64,000 nucleotides of DNA from Mobula hypostoma (lineage: Eukaryota): the NCBI RefSeq assembly GCF_963921235.1, contig NC_086097.1, positions 186,312,001 through 186,376,000 on the forward strand, read 5' to 3'. This document shows positions 48,366 through 61,772 of this stretch, piece by piece; position 1 is the stretch's first letter, and every line of letters begins with the position of its first letter. The notes below the pieces were generated by a model, which was not told where the DNA came from, did no database searches, and worked only from the letters and a program-made list of their open reading frames with translations. The position numbers and the translations under genes were made by a program.

Positions 48366-50914
48366 TTCCATTCTGACTTCTCGGAAATCATTTCAGCAAA
48401 GTTTAATGTAAAGCCTGAGGGCCAACACCTCATTTTCAATTTGGGAATCTTGTAGCCTCCGAGAGTCACTGCTGAACTTAACAATTTCAGATAACTGATG
48501 TTTTCTGTTTGCATCAGGATTGGCCAATTCTGGTGCAAGGTTTGATCTTGTCTTCTGTAAATAACTCAGTTTTCTCTACAGACACTACCTGACCTATAGG
48601 GCATATCTGACATTTTTCTTTTGGTTTAAAATCTTGGCAGCTACTCTGGCTTGCATTTCACTGCTTTTTTGTGTCTTCTCTTCCTCTAAATTCTCTCATT
48701 CATCCAATAATTGGGTGGTTCCAGAAACAATGGGATGATCTCAATTATTCTGGGCTCACGCTGTCAGTCATATTCCATTAGTCCTATTCATCTTTTTCTC
48801 TTGTTCTTTGCAACTTAAAACTGATTTATTTTCTTATTTTCACAGTTCTGATAAAATATTTTTCCACTGGTACATTATCTTTTACACTGAGAGTGAAATC
48901 AGGATTTTTTTTTTAAGCAAAAGTTGGTGGAAGCCTGCAACTTTCTCCATAAACACAAGAGATTCTGTAGATGCTGGAAAACCAGAGCAACACACACAAC
49001 AAGCAGGAGGGACTCAGCAGATCAGGCATCTATAGAAATGAACAAACAGCTGATGTTTCCGATCTGAGACGTTTCATCAGGACAGACCTTCTCCATAAAA
49101 GCCTATGGATGTTGGGTCAAATAACAATTCTGAAGTTGAGGTTCATAGGTTTTTATTCAGTAAAGGTGTGAAGGGATTTTGTACAAAAAGACAATGAATA
49201 AAGTTGAGGAACAGAACAGCTACAATCTGAATGAATATTGGAATAGCTTGAAACACTAAATGACTCAATCCTGTTGATATTTTCCTGCCTTCGTGCGAAG
49301 GTTTCCTCATACCGCACTGTCATTTTATTGACTGAGTGAAACAGCTGATTAGCAGAAAAGCTAAACAACACATCTGAAGTGTTATAAACGCAGGGATGCC
49401 TCCAAGCCTTAATGAAAATATCAGGTATAATATCATAGCATATCAGAATACTTAGTAGTTTATGTAGCATCAATGGAAAAAGACACCGTTTTATCAGAAT
49501 ACGAAAAGCTAGAAAAACAAGGTTCTGCTAATTTGCAGAGAAATAGCAATAGTGGAGGGAACAAAGAAAGTTTCTATGATAGGGTGGAGCAGAAGGGACC
49601 CTGGATGAGAGTGGTGAAGCACTGAGATTGGATGGTGAAGGCTCGTTAATTGTAGCTAATCTGTATGAAGAGAGAAAAAAGATAAACAAAATGCTGTAAC
49701 TCAGAGATACAGAGTACAGTAGTTAATAAAATTAGAAAGAAAGGAGAGTTTTGAAAATTCTCATCAGGAAAGAATGCACCTGTAGACAGAGAAACATAGA
49801 AATGTAGAAAATACGAGCAGGAATAGGCCATTTAGTCCTTCGAGCCTCCTACCTTTCAGTATGAACAAAGCTGATGACCTACCTAAATACAGTCATCCCA
49901 TGCTCTTCCCATACGTATTGATGCAGTTTGATTAAAAAAATACCTATCTTCTTACAAATATTCAATGTTTCCCCATCCCAGTGATGTGGTAAATTTAATA
50001 GCTTCAACACGCTTTGTGTGATGAAAGTTCTCCTCATTCCAGTCTTGAATCTCTTGGCCAATAAACTAAGTCTATAACCCCTGTTTCCATATACTCAAAC
50101 ATGGGAAATACCTCCTCCACATTCAGTCTTTTCAGAAGCTACCAGAATGTAGTTCCCCTCTTATTCTTTTAAACTTTGGTGAAGACAAACATAGTTGACT
50201 TAAACCATCTTCTGCCACCCTAGGGATCACTGTGATGAAAGTTTATTGCCTTTATGATGTCCTTTCTTAAGGAGATGAAAATTTTATACTTTAGTCCATA
50301 TGTGGTCTCACAAGCTCCTGTATAACTATAGCAAGCGGTATTAAAATGCTGAACACAGAGAGGTTAAATGGACTTTGCTTTTTTTGTTCTAATTGTTCTT
50401 CTTATAAAAATGGTATATGATTTATGTTCAATTTATGTTCTTCTTGTGAATGCTGCTTACATGATGCTATGTGCTTGCGATGCTGCTGCGTTAGTTTGTC
50501 ATTGCTCTTACACATGCATGTACATATGACAATAAACTTTACTTTGACTTTGAAATGATAGGCAACTGATTACCCACGTGCATTGATGAGAGGTGTTCAG
50601 CAGAGCAGTCACCTAATTTGCATATGGTTTCTCAAGTGCAGAGCAGATCATACTGTCAACTCTGAATGCTATGTTCTACGTTGTAAGAAGTTTCAACTTT
50701 AATAGTTGCTTCAGGCTAAAGGACTTCTTGAATCACTAGGAGTGCAGAGAAGTAGTGAAGGATAATTGAATCTGCTGCAGTTGTATAGAAGGTGGCATGA
50801 AAATGAGAGGGATGGTTGAAGATGCAAGAGTGAAAGAGGGGTTCGTAGAAAGAATTTTCCTTTATGTGTACTGAAAGGGTAAGGGAATATATGTCTGATG
50901 GTTGAATTTCACTG

Positions 50915-52271
50915 AAGATAACAGCACATTTGGAAAGCGGTGAAATCATCGGACAAAGTCAGCATGGATTTGTGAAAGGAAAATCATGTCTGACGAATCT
51001 CATAGAATTTTTTGAGGATGTAACTAGTAGAGTGGATAGGGGAGAACCAGTGGATGTGGTATATTTGGATTTTCAAAAGGCTTTTGACAAGGTCCCACAC
51101 AGGAGATTAGTGTGCAAACTTAAAGCACACGGTATTGGGGGTAAGGTATTGGTGTGGGTGGAGAATTGGTTAGCAGACAGGAAGCAAAGAGTGGGAATAA
51201 ACGGGACCTTTTCAGAATGGCAGGCGGTGACTAGTGGAGTACCGCAAGGCTCAGTGCTGGGACCCCAGTTGTTTACAATATATATTAATGACTTGGATGA
51301 GGGAATTAAATGCAGCATCTCCAAGTTTGCGGATGACACGAAGCTGGGTGGCAGTGTTAGCAGTGAGGAGGATGCTAAGAGGATGCAGGGTGACTTGGAT
51401 AGGTTGGGTGAGTGGGCAAACTCATGGCAGATGCAATTTAACATGGATAAATGTGAAGTTATCCACTTTGGTGGCAAAAATAGGAAAACAGATTATTATC
51501 TGAATGGTGGCCGATTAGGAAAAGGGGAGGTGCAACGAGACCTGGGTGTCATTATACACCAGTCATTGAAAGTGGGCATGCAGGTACAGCAGGCGGTGAA
51601 AAAGGCGAATGGTATGCTGGCATTTATAGCGAGAGGATTCGAGTACAGGAGCAGGGAGGTACTACTGCAGTTGTACAAGGCCTTGGTGAGACCACACCTG
51701 GAGTATTGTGTGCAGTTTTGGTCCCCTAATCTGAGGAAAGACATCTTTGCCATAGAGGGAGTACAAAGAGGGTTCACCAGATTGATTCCTGGGATGGCAG
51801 GACTTTCATATGAAGAAAGACTGGATGAACTGGGCTTGTACTCGTTGGAATTTAGAAGATTGAGGGGGGATCTGATTGAAACGTATAAGATCCTAAAGGG
51901 ATTGGACAGGCTAGATGCAGGAAGATTGTTCCTGATGTTGGGGAAGTCCAGAACGAGGGATCACAGTTTGAGGATAGAGGGGAAGCCTTTTAGGACCGAG
52001 ATTAGGAAAAACTTCTTCACACAGAGAGTGGTGAATCTGTGGAATTCTCTGCCACAGCAAACTGTTGAGGCCAGTTCATTGGCTATGTTTAAGAGGGAGT
52101 TAGATATGGCCCTTGTGCCTACGGGGATCAGTGGGTATGGAGGGAAGGCTGGGGCGGGGTTCTGAGTTGGATGATCAGCCATGATCATAATAAATGGCGG
52201 TGCAGGCTCGAAGGGCCGAATGGCCTACTCCTGCACCTATTTTCTATGTTTCTATGTTTCTATGTTTCTAT
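50915..52271 (+). mobile_element. Young 5'-truncated CR1 LINE
   Basis: Open RT frame, 3' UTR and (TTTCTATG)n tail. Confidence 0.97.
50930..52165 (+). CDS. CR1 ORF2 reverse-transcriptase portion (411 codons open; no endonuclease, no ATG start)
   Basis: QHGFVKGKSCLTNL, DFQKAFDKVPH, GVPQGSVLGP, KFADDTKL. Confidence 0.85.
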   Translation: MESGEIIGQSQHGFVKGKSCLTNLIEFFEDVTSRVDRGEPVDVVYLDFQKAFDKVPHRRLVCKLKAHGIGGKVLVWVENWLADRKQRVGINGTFSEWQAVTSGVPQGSVLGPQLFTIYINDLDEGIKCSISKFADDTKLGGSVSSEEDAKRMQGDLDRLGEWANSWQMQFNMDKCEVIHFGGKNRKTDYYLNGGRLGKGEVQRDLGVIIHQSLKVGMQVQQAVKKANGMLAFIARGFEYRSREVLLQLYKALVRPHLEYCVQFWSPNLRKDIFAIEGVQRGFTRLIPGMAGLSYEERLDELGLYSLEFRRLRGDLIETYKILKGLDRLDAGRLFLMLGKSRTRDHSLRIEGKPFRTEIRKNFFTQRVVNLWNSLPQQTVEASSLAMFKRELDMALVPTGISGYGGKAGAGF

Positions 52272-55067
52272 GATGAAAATAATGGAAAGTAATCTGTCGA
52301 GTGTGAAGTTAAGTATGAGGGAAGATGAGGATAAGGAGAATGCTGCCCTGTCTTTGGCTGGTTGGAGAGAGGTTGAGAGCAGAAGTGTGAGAAAAGGTTG
52401 CTCCCCATGCAACTGGTATCATCCAGTTTCTCTTGATCTCCACCCTGTTTTAGACATTGTTTTTTTTTTCTCTTCATCCCTTCCCCTTTCCTACAATTCA
52501 GTGTATGCTTGTATTTTGACCTTTCCTAGTTTTGAGCCGTTGATTTGAAAAGTTAACTTTTTATTTTTCTCATAAAAATTGCTGGTGAACGCAGCAGGCC
52601 AGGCAGCATCTATAGGAAGAGGTATGGTCGAGTCTGCGGATTTCCTCGTGTTTGCGTTTTTATTTTTCTCCATAGTTTTATTTAATATGTTAAATATGTC
52701 CAGCAATTTCTGATTTTACTTATGCTTACTTGATGAATTGATACAGAAAATTGTTCTAATATCCTTTATTACACTAATTGGGTTACTTGAAAGTTTATCA
52801 CTGATAGGTAACTAATGAAGAGTTGTTTTTAATTTCAATATTGAACTTGAAACATGCTGTGTAATTTTAAATCACTTTATGAAATTCCTCTGTTTTGATC
52901 TGGATTTCATAGTTTAGGATGCAAAAACATACCTTGTTTCCTATCTCAGCTTGAGTGATACATATTGCATAAGTTTAAAGCGGTTCATGGAAGATTTGTT
53001 TTCTTCATCAGATGAAGATTAATATTTCATTTTCAGTACCATTTTTTCATGCGAACGATGTGCACTTTCATTTTTACAGCTACTCAATTACTTTTGAACA
53101 GGTGAATTACGTGCATTGTCGAGCTAAATTAAAATTCATTTGATTAAAGACTGGCTGTCTGTTTGGAGCTTTGCATTCATTAGCATTTATTCATTGCAAT
53201 TATCTTGAGAGTTGCATTTAAAAACTACACTGAATTATTTATTAGACTAGACAAAAAAAATTAAACAAATAATTAGTAATATGTATTGTGGTTGTGCTTT
53301 CTGTGGCAGTAATTATTTTTTTGACAGCCCCTCAATGAGTATTACTTAAAGTGATAAATATCAGTGCTGACAATTCAGATAAAAGTACAGCAGATTTTAT
53401 CATCTTCTTGCAGGTACATATTGCACTGAGTGACCACTTTAGTGGCTTTACAGTGATGAGAAACTCACTTGAATGACAGCTTGGTTCTAATCATTATTGT
53501 GAATTTCTTTATATATTATTAAAAAATCAAAGCACTGATCATGACATTTATAATACATTTACCTATTTCACTTACGTACTCACTCTTAAAAGCTTTTATA
53601 GTACAAAGATGATTGTAGGCTCAGAACTATTCAATCGAGTCATTTTAGTGATCGAATATTCTTGACAGCAGTATTAATCTCATTTCACTCTTTATCATCA
53701 CACTTGTCCTGCTGATGCTAAACTAGTCCTAACCAACATTTCTAAAAGATTGTAATTGACATTTTGACTGCCGTTTGTAGACTAATTAAAGGCTGATTTG
53801 GAAAACAGATTTGAATTTCTGAGCATGTATGAAAAGCGTTTCAATTCTACACATACATTGTTACCTCTCAAAATTCAATGTGTCAGGCAGCATCTGTACA
53901 GGGAAGTGGACAGTTGACATCTTGGATTGTGAGACACTCATTTTGACACTCACCTAGACCCAGGTCCAAACGTAACGACTTCCATTCAACCATTCAGTTC
54001 CGGAACCAACCGGCAAAACACTAAACAATACATTTTAGCACCACTAGGACAACTTCAACCACTTTGCACTAAATGGACTTCATTTTTCTTCTAATTGTGC
54101 TCTTCTTTGAAAAAAAATTGAGCATAATGTACATTTAATTTATATTTTGTGCATGTTACTTGGATGATGTTATGTGCCTGTGATGCTACTGCAAGGTTTT
54201 CACTACACCGCTGCATGAATGTAATTCTGCATTTGACAATAAATTCCACTTTGTTATGTTCCATAGCAGCACCTGAAACCCTTCTGCATGTTTGCTAGAC
54301 TAAATGTTCTATACAAATATAAAGCGTTCCTCATTGTTCTAATGGCTTCCCTGCATTATTAGCCATCGTTTGTACTTCTACAGAATTGATTTACTGCAAC
54401 AAAATATTATTCATTTAGTTTGGTCAAATAAGCATGAATTTTACTGATTTATTTCCTTGTAAAATTCTAAACCAGCCACAATATCAAAACCTGGATCTCG
54501 TGGGATTTCTGTTGCCCTCCAACTCTTTAACCATGTATCCACCCAACTTAACTATGCCTCCAGCCACACTGTCCTCATGTAAAAATTCTATTCCCTTTTC
54601 TCAGTTCCTTCATCTCCACCGCATTTGTTCCCAGGATGAGGCATTTCCTCACACTCTTTCTTCAGACACTGCTTGCTACATGATTCCCTTGTCCATTCAT
54701 CCCTCCAGGCATTTATTCCTGCAAGCGGCCAACGTGCTTCCCCTGCCAATTCATCTCTCTCTCACCTCCATTCAGGGCCTGAAAAAGTCCTTCCAGGTGA
54801 GGCAACACTTCACCTGCAAATCTAGTGGGGTCATCTATTATATCCCCGTGCTCCCAATGTGGCTTCCTCTACATTGGTGAGGCATGTTGTAAATTTGAGA
54901 TCCGCTTTGCCAAGTACCTCTGCTCCCTCCACCAAAAGCAGAACTTCCTGATGGCCAAACATTTTAATTCTGATTCCCATTTCTGTTTCAACATGTTGGT
55001 CCATGGCCTCTTCTTTTTCCATGATGAGTCCACCTTCAGGGTGGAGGAGCAGCACCTTATATTCCAT

Positions 55068-56508
55068 ATAATGCTTCCTGCACGCATGCTGAACTCGTTG
55101 ACTTTATTAACTTTGCCTCCAACTTTCACCCTGCCCTCAACTTTACCTGGTCCATTTCCGACACCTCCCTCCCCTTTCTAGATCTTTCTGTCTCTGTCTC
55201 TGGAGACAGCTTATCCACTGATGTCTACTATAAGCCTACTGACTCTCACAGCTATCTGGACTATTCCTCTTCTCACCCTGTCGCTTGCAAAAATGCCATC
55301 CCCTTCTCGCAATTCCTCCGTCTCCGCCACATCTGCTCTCAGGATGAGGCCTTTCATTGTAGGACGAGGGAGATGTCCTCCTTTTTTAAAGAAAGGGGCT
55401 TCCCTTCCTCCACTATCAACTCTGCTCTCAAATGCATCTCCCCCATTTCACGTACATCTGCTCTCACTCCATCCTCCCGCCACCCCACTAGGAATAGGGT
55501 TCCCCTGGTCCTCACCTACCACCCCACCAGCCTCCGGGTCCAAAATATTATTCTCCATAACTTTCGCCACCTCCAACGGGATCCCACCACTAAGCACATC
55601 TTTCCCTCCCGCCCCACCTGCATTCCACAGGGATCGCTCCCTACGCGACTCCCTTGTCCTCTCGTCCCCCCCATCACTCCCCACTGATCTCCCTCCTGGC
55701 ACTTATCCTTGTAAGCGGAACAAGTGCTACACATACCCTTACACTTCCTCCCTTACCACCATTCAGGGCCCCAAACAGTCCTTCCAGGTGAGGCGACACT
55801 TCACCTGTGAGTCGGCTGGGGTGATATACTGCGTCCGGTGCTCCCGATGTGGCCTTCTATATATTGGCGAGATCCGACGCAGACTGGGAGATCGTTTCAC
55901 TGAACACCTACGCTCTGTCCGCCAGAGAAAGCAGGATCTCCCAGTGGCCACACATTTTAATTCCATATCCCATTCCCATTCTGACATGTCTATCCACGGC
56001 CTCCTCTACTGTAAAGATGAAGCCACACTCAGGTTGGAGGAACAACACCTTATATTCCGTCTGGGTACCCTCCAACCTGATGGCATGAACATCGACTTCT
56101 CTAACTTCCGCTAATGCCCCACCTCCCCCTCGTACCCCATCTGTTACTTATTTTTATACACACATTCTTTCTCTCACTCTCCTTTTTCTCCCTCTGTCCC
56201 TCTGACTATACCCCTTGCCCATCCTCTGGGTTCCCCCCTCCTTGTCTTTCTTCCTGGACCTCCTGTCCCATGATCCTCTCATATCCCTTTTGCCTATCAC
56301 CTGTTCAGCTCTTGGCTCCATCCCTCCCCCTCCTGTCTTCTCCTATCATTTTGGATCTCCCCCTCCCCCTCCCACTTTCAAATCTCTTACTAACTCTTCC
56401 TTCAGTTAGTCCTGACGAAGGGTCTCGGCCTGAAATGTCGACTGTATCTCTTCCTAGAGATGCTGCCTGGCCTGCTGCGTTCACCAGCAACTTTGATGTG
56501 TGTTGCTT
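55068..56508 (+). mobile_element. Young Penelope-like element (RT C-terminus + GIY-YIG endonuclease), one frameshift near 55610
   Basis: 14-bp TSD ACCTTATATTCCAT at 55054-55067 and 56509-56522; GVIYCVRCSRCGLLYIGE. Confidence 0.93.
56408..56443 (+). ncRNA. Minimal hammerhead ribozyme motif in the Penelope terminus
   Basis: AGTC-CTGACGA-AGGGTCTCGGCCT-GAAA-TGTC-GACT: conserved core boxes, stem I AGTC/GACT, short stem II. Confidence 0.75.
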
Positions 56509-57859
56509 ACCTTATATTCCATCTGGGTAGCCTTCAACCCGATGGCATGAATATCGATTTCTCCTTGCCCGCCCAGCACCCCTCTCTGGTGCTCCTCCCC
56601 CATTTTTCTTTCTTCCATGGCCTTCTGTCTCTTTCACCAATCAACTTCCCAGCTCTTTACTTCATCCCTCACCCTTCAGATTTCACCTGTCACCTGGTAT
56701 TTCTCTCACACCTCCCTCCACCTTTTAAATCTACTCCTCAGCTTTTTTTCTCCAGTCCTGCTGAAGGGTTTTGGCCTGAAACATCGACTGTACTTCTTTC
56801 CCATAGATGTTGCCTGGCCTACTGAGTTCCTCCAGCATTTTGAATGTGCATTGATTTCTCCCTCCAGTAATAAGAAATCCTTCTCTCTCCCTTCTTCTTC
56901 TATTCCCCACTCTGGCCTCTTACCTGTTCTCACCTGCCTATCTTCTCCCCCCTGGCTACCCTCCTCTTTCCCTTTCTCCTGAGATCCATTCTTCTCTCCT
57001 ATCAATCTCCTTCCTCTCCAGCCTTTTATCTTTCCTACCCACCTGGCTTCATCCATCACCTCTTTACTATCCTCCTTCCCCTTCCCCCACTATTTTTCTG
57101 GCATCTTCCCCCTTCCTTTCCATCCTGAAGAAGGGTTTTGGCCCATGGTTGCCGTCTGACTTGCTGAGTCCCTCCTGCATTTTGTGTGTGTTGCTCAATC
57201 ATAAGTTGTAGTGAAAATGTGTGATAAAAGGTTCTTTCTTCCATTGTTGTGGAGTGGTTGTGATGACCCAATTTTAATGTGGTTGAAAAATAAATAGAAA
57301 ACAGATTACCTGTTGTTCTTTTACAGCGCTAAACTACCAGTGATTTTCACAATCTGCCATACCTAAGCCATATTCAATTATTTCAAAAGACCCTTGCATT
57401 ATTAAAGTAAATAAATGTAGTTATTTTCCTCCTTGCTTATTAGTTTTCTTTACAGAATGTAATTTACTTCGCACAGAAATTGGGATAAGACATACCTATT
57501 TTTCCAATTACTATGTTATACAGTATTCCCAGGGATCCACTGTACATGTTATGATTATCTCTTTTTGCCTAAAGGCAGTCCAAGCACTAAGAAGATTAAC
57601 AGGAATCTCAGTTCTCTGCTTTCCATCCACCTGTGACATTAAATTATTTACAAATCCAAAATATGATCTTTTCTAGTTATTGGCACCAAATGAAAGTACT
57701 ATTAATTAGAATCAATGCAAGCAAAAGCAAATTGAAAAGCAAGCCGTGCTAAATAGAAGTACACTCTTCAGACTGCTTCATTTTATATTAGAGAGATACA
57801 GAGATACATCCATTTATAATCTACAGAAATTAATAGACTATGTATGTATTATATAATGG

Positions 57860-58503
57860 AGGGTAGGAGAAGATGGCGGCGCGATGCAACACGCGCAGCT
57901 GCTCTGAAATGATATCATATTTGTTAAGTAGGGGCCGTGCACAATCCTGATTTGATGGATACAGACGTGAGAAGCACGGAGGAACATCTGGAGAAACTTC
58001 TGAAATGCCTGCTTCGCTACCGCTGCTATAATGCAATCAAGAATCTCCAGAGGGGAAGGCCCCAAATCCTCAGCTTTGCCTATTGCTTGGTGGCCAGGGC
58101 CAGGGTCGAAGCGTTTGGCAGAGATGGGGCTCGGTGTCGGAGGCTCAAAGTTTTCAGACAGACTCAAGAATTGGCTGTGGTTGGGTGCTTCCAGGGTGCT
58201 GCATTGGCAAGTTTGTGGCACTGGAAGCTCATGGCAGGGAGAATTTCTCCCTTCTACCTTCTGCGTGAGATGATGGGACTTTCAAGAGACTTTGAGACTT
58301 TTTTTTAACCGTGCCCATAGTCTGTTCTTTATGAAATTACGATATTGCTTTGCACTGCTGTAACTATATGTTATAATTATGTGGGTTTTGTCAGTTTTTT
58401 AAGTCTCGGTTTGTCTTGTGTTTCTGTGATATATTAAAGCAGGCATTACTATATGACAATAAAAGAGGACTGCGTGTCCTCATAATCTTATCTAATCTAA
58501 AAT
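57860..58503 (+). mobile_element. Young non-autonomous retroposon with AAGATGGCG head and (AATCT)-like tail, probably Rex1/L2-mobilised
   Basis: CpG-rich; starts GAGAAGATGGCGGCGCG; ends ACAATAAAAG...CATAATCTTATCTAATCT. Confidence 0.55.
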
Positions 58504-58519
58504 CAACCGTGGTTAAAAT

Positions 58520-61500
58520 CAATGAGACTAATCATTTATTCATGATGAAGAAGGAAACGAAGTTCAGACAGTGCTCTTGAGGGTTATAAGATAGCCAAGA
58601 AACTGCTTAAGGAAAGGACTTGGGAGAGCCAGAAAGGGACATGAGAAGGTCCTGATGAGTAGGAGTAAGAAAATCCCAAGGCTTTCTACACATACATGAA
58701 GAACAGTAGGATGACCAGAGTGAGGGTAGGACCAATCAGAGATTTAAAAAAAACATGTGCCAGGAGCCAAAGTAGGGAGGTGAGGTCCTTAATGAATATT
58801 TTGCTTCAGTATACGCCTGTGAGAAGAACCTTGATGAATGTAAGCTCAGAGGAGAACAGGATAATAAAGTGCTGGAACATGCTGAGGTTAAGAGAGAATG
58901 CATTGGAACTCTTAGGAAACATTAAGATAGATAAGTAGCTGGGACTGGATGGGATATACCTCAGGTTACCTCAAGAAGAGAGGGAAGAGATTGATGTGCC
59001 TTTGGCAATGATCTTTGCATTCTCACTGGCCACAGGAGTAGTAGCGGAGGATTAGAGAATGATAAATGGCATTCCTTTGTTTGGGAAAGGTAATATGGAT
59101 AAACCTGGGAATTATTGATGAATGAGTCTTACATCAATAGTGAGCCAAGTATTGGAGAGGATTCTTAGATTCAGCATTTATGAGCATTTGGAGAAGCACA
59201 GTCTGATTAGGGATAGTCAGCATGGCTTTGTGACAGGCAGGTTGTGCCTCACGAGTCTGATTGACTTTAAGAAAGTAAGAAAACAAATTGATGAAGGAAG
59301 AATGGTGGATATTATGTACATGGATTCTAGTAAGGCATTTGATAAGGTATCCGATGGTAGGCTCATTCAGAAAGTCAGGAGGCATAGCATTCAAGAAAAC
59401 CTGGCTATATGATTCAGAATCGGCCTGCCTACAGAAGGCAGATAGAGTGTATTTTGTCTGAGGTCTGTGACTAATGGTGTTCCACAGGTATCATTTTTGC
59501 GGACCCCTGATCTTCAAGATTTTTAAAAATGACGTAAATGATGGCATGGACAGGTGGGTTAGTAAGTTTACAGGTGGTGTGAAGGTTGGTGGTTTGGTGG
59601 ATTGTGCAGAAGGTTGTTGCAGGTTACAATGGGACATTGACAGGATGCAGAGCTGGGCTGACAAGTGGATGACAGAACTCTTCATGGGAAAGTGCAAGGT
59701 GATGCACTTTGGAAGTTGAAGGCAGAGTACAAAGTCAATGGCAGGATTTTTAGCAATGGATGAACTAGGGGGATCTTGGTGTCTATCAACACGCAGATTG
59801 ATAGGGTAGTTAAGAAGGCATATGGTGTTTGGCCTTTGTTAGTTGGGGGAATTGAGTTTAAGAGACATGAGGTGATATAAAAACCGTGGTTAGACTGTAC
59901 TTGGAATATTGTGTTCAATTCTAGTTAGCTCATTATAGGAAAGATAGAACATGGAATATAACGAAGTTGTGGTGCAGCATAGTACAGGTCCTTCAGCCTG
60001 TGATGTTCTGACCTTTAACCCTGTTCTAAGATTAAACTAACCCTTTCCTCCCACACAGCTCTCCATTTTTTCATCTATGTGCCCATTTAAGAGTGTTTTA
60101 AAAGTCCCTAATGCATATGCCCCTACCACCACCCCAGCAGTGCAATTCATGCACCCACCATTCTCTGACATTCCCTCTATACTTTCCTCCAATCACTTAA
60201 ATCAGACCCTCCTGTATTAGCCATTTCATCCCTGGAAATATCTCTGGCTGCCCACTCTATCTATGCCTCTTATTGTCTTATACAATCTAGCAAGTCACCT
60301 CTTAACCTCCTTTGCTCCAGAGAAAAAAGTTCTAGCTCAGTCAACCTGTCGGCATAAGACATACTTTCTAATGTAGGTGTATCCTGGTAAATCTCCTCTG
60401 CACTCTCTCTAAGGCTTCCAAATCCTTCCTATAATAAAGTGACCAGAACTGAATACAATATTCCAAGTTCAAAATACATTTATTATCAAACTATATACAA
60501 CCTTGAGGTTCATTTCTTTACAGGCAGCCACAAAACAGAGAACCCCAACAGAACCTATTAAAACATGAAGACCCAATGTCCAGAAAAGACAAATCTTGCA
60601 AACAATAAAAATAAGCAAATTACATTCAGAACTGAAGTTCATGAAAGTGAGTGCACAGCCAAGAAGCCAGTCATCACTGCATCACTGCAACCGATCTATG
60701 AACCCATTACTTGCAGGCCACAGCCTCAGTTTAGTGCAGAGATGAGTATACCTTCATGGAGCAGTGTGCCCAACACAGGCTCATCCCTCTCCTCTGGCCC
60801 AGACACCCTGACCTTTTCTATCTGGCCCAGAGATTAAACTGGCCAAAGCTCAGGTCTTTCCTTGCTCTCGGACCGGGCCCTGCTGCTTCAATAGTGTAGT
60901 TTATAGAGTTGAAACAGTACCTCACAGCTCTTCAACTCAATCTCCCAACTAATGAAGGCAAACACACCATGTCTTCTTACCCCATCAGCTTGCATGACAA
61001 GTTTGAGGGATTTATGGACATGGACCTCAAGATCCCACTGTTCCTCCACACTGCTAAGAATCCTCCACTAATCCTGAATTCTGCTTTCAAGTTCAACCTT
61101 TCAAAGCGCACTACTTCACATTTCTCCAGACTTAACTCTAACTGCCATTTCTCAGCCCAGCTCTGCATCCTAGCAATGTCCTAATGAAACCTATGACTAC
61201 CTTCTACACTACCCACAACACCATCAACTTTAATGTCATCTGCAAACTTAATAACCCACCCTTCCATTTCCTCATTCCAAATCCCTGCAGATATGGAAAC
61301 ATTAAAGAGAATGCAGAAGAGATTTGCCAGGATGCTACCTGGTTTAGAGAACATGTCTTTTGAAGAAAGGTTGAGTAAGCTAGAGTGAAGGAGGATGAGA
61401 GGTGACTTAAGAGGAATAGCAGAATGGAAAGCCAGCACCTTTATCTCATGACCACAATGGCTAAAACTACATACTTTTAAGCTGATTGGAGGAAAATATA

Positions 61501-61755
61501 GGAGGACATCAGAGGTAATTTCTTTTTACTACACAGAGTGGTGGGTGCGTGGAATGCACTGCTGGGAGTGGTGGTAATGGCAGATATATCAGGAACATTT
61601 AAGATACTCGTAGCTAGGCACATGGATGAAAGAAAAATGGAGCACTATGTGGGAGGGAAGGGTCAGATTGATCTTCAGTTAGGTTAAAATGCCAACACAA
61701 CACTGTGAGTCAAAGGTTCTGTACTGTGCGGCATGTTTTTATGTTCTATGTTCTG
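58520..61755 (+). mobile_element. Decayed CR1 (58520-59945, resuming 61287-61755) containing an inverted CR1 (59946-61286), itself split by a Rex1-type 3' end (~60466-60895)
   Basis: SLTSIVSQVLERIL, QHGFV, SKAFDKV on plus; MQSWAEKWQLE on minus; outer copy collinear across the insertion. Confidence 0.8.
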
Positions 61756-61772
61756 ATCTCAATAGTAGAAAA

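Larger units (their letters stand above)
54560..57195 (+). mobile_element. Older Penelope copy with duplicated terminus, split by a younger Penelope
   Basis: KNSIPFSQFL, CSQCGFLYIGE; resumes at 56509 with LIFHLGSLQPDGMNIDF. Confidence 0.85.

Noticed and set aside
51073..51777. Antisense ORFs over the CR1 RT
   Set aside because: Shadow frames of the LINE coding strand
55221..56114. 297-aa ORF as an intact protein
   Set aside because: Its first half is out of frame with the Penelope protein; the true frame switches near 55610
57937..58308. 123-aa ORF in the CpG-rich element
   Set aside because: No known domain; GTG start; expected by chance in GC-rich sequence
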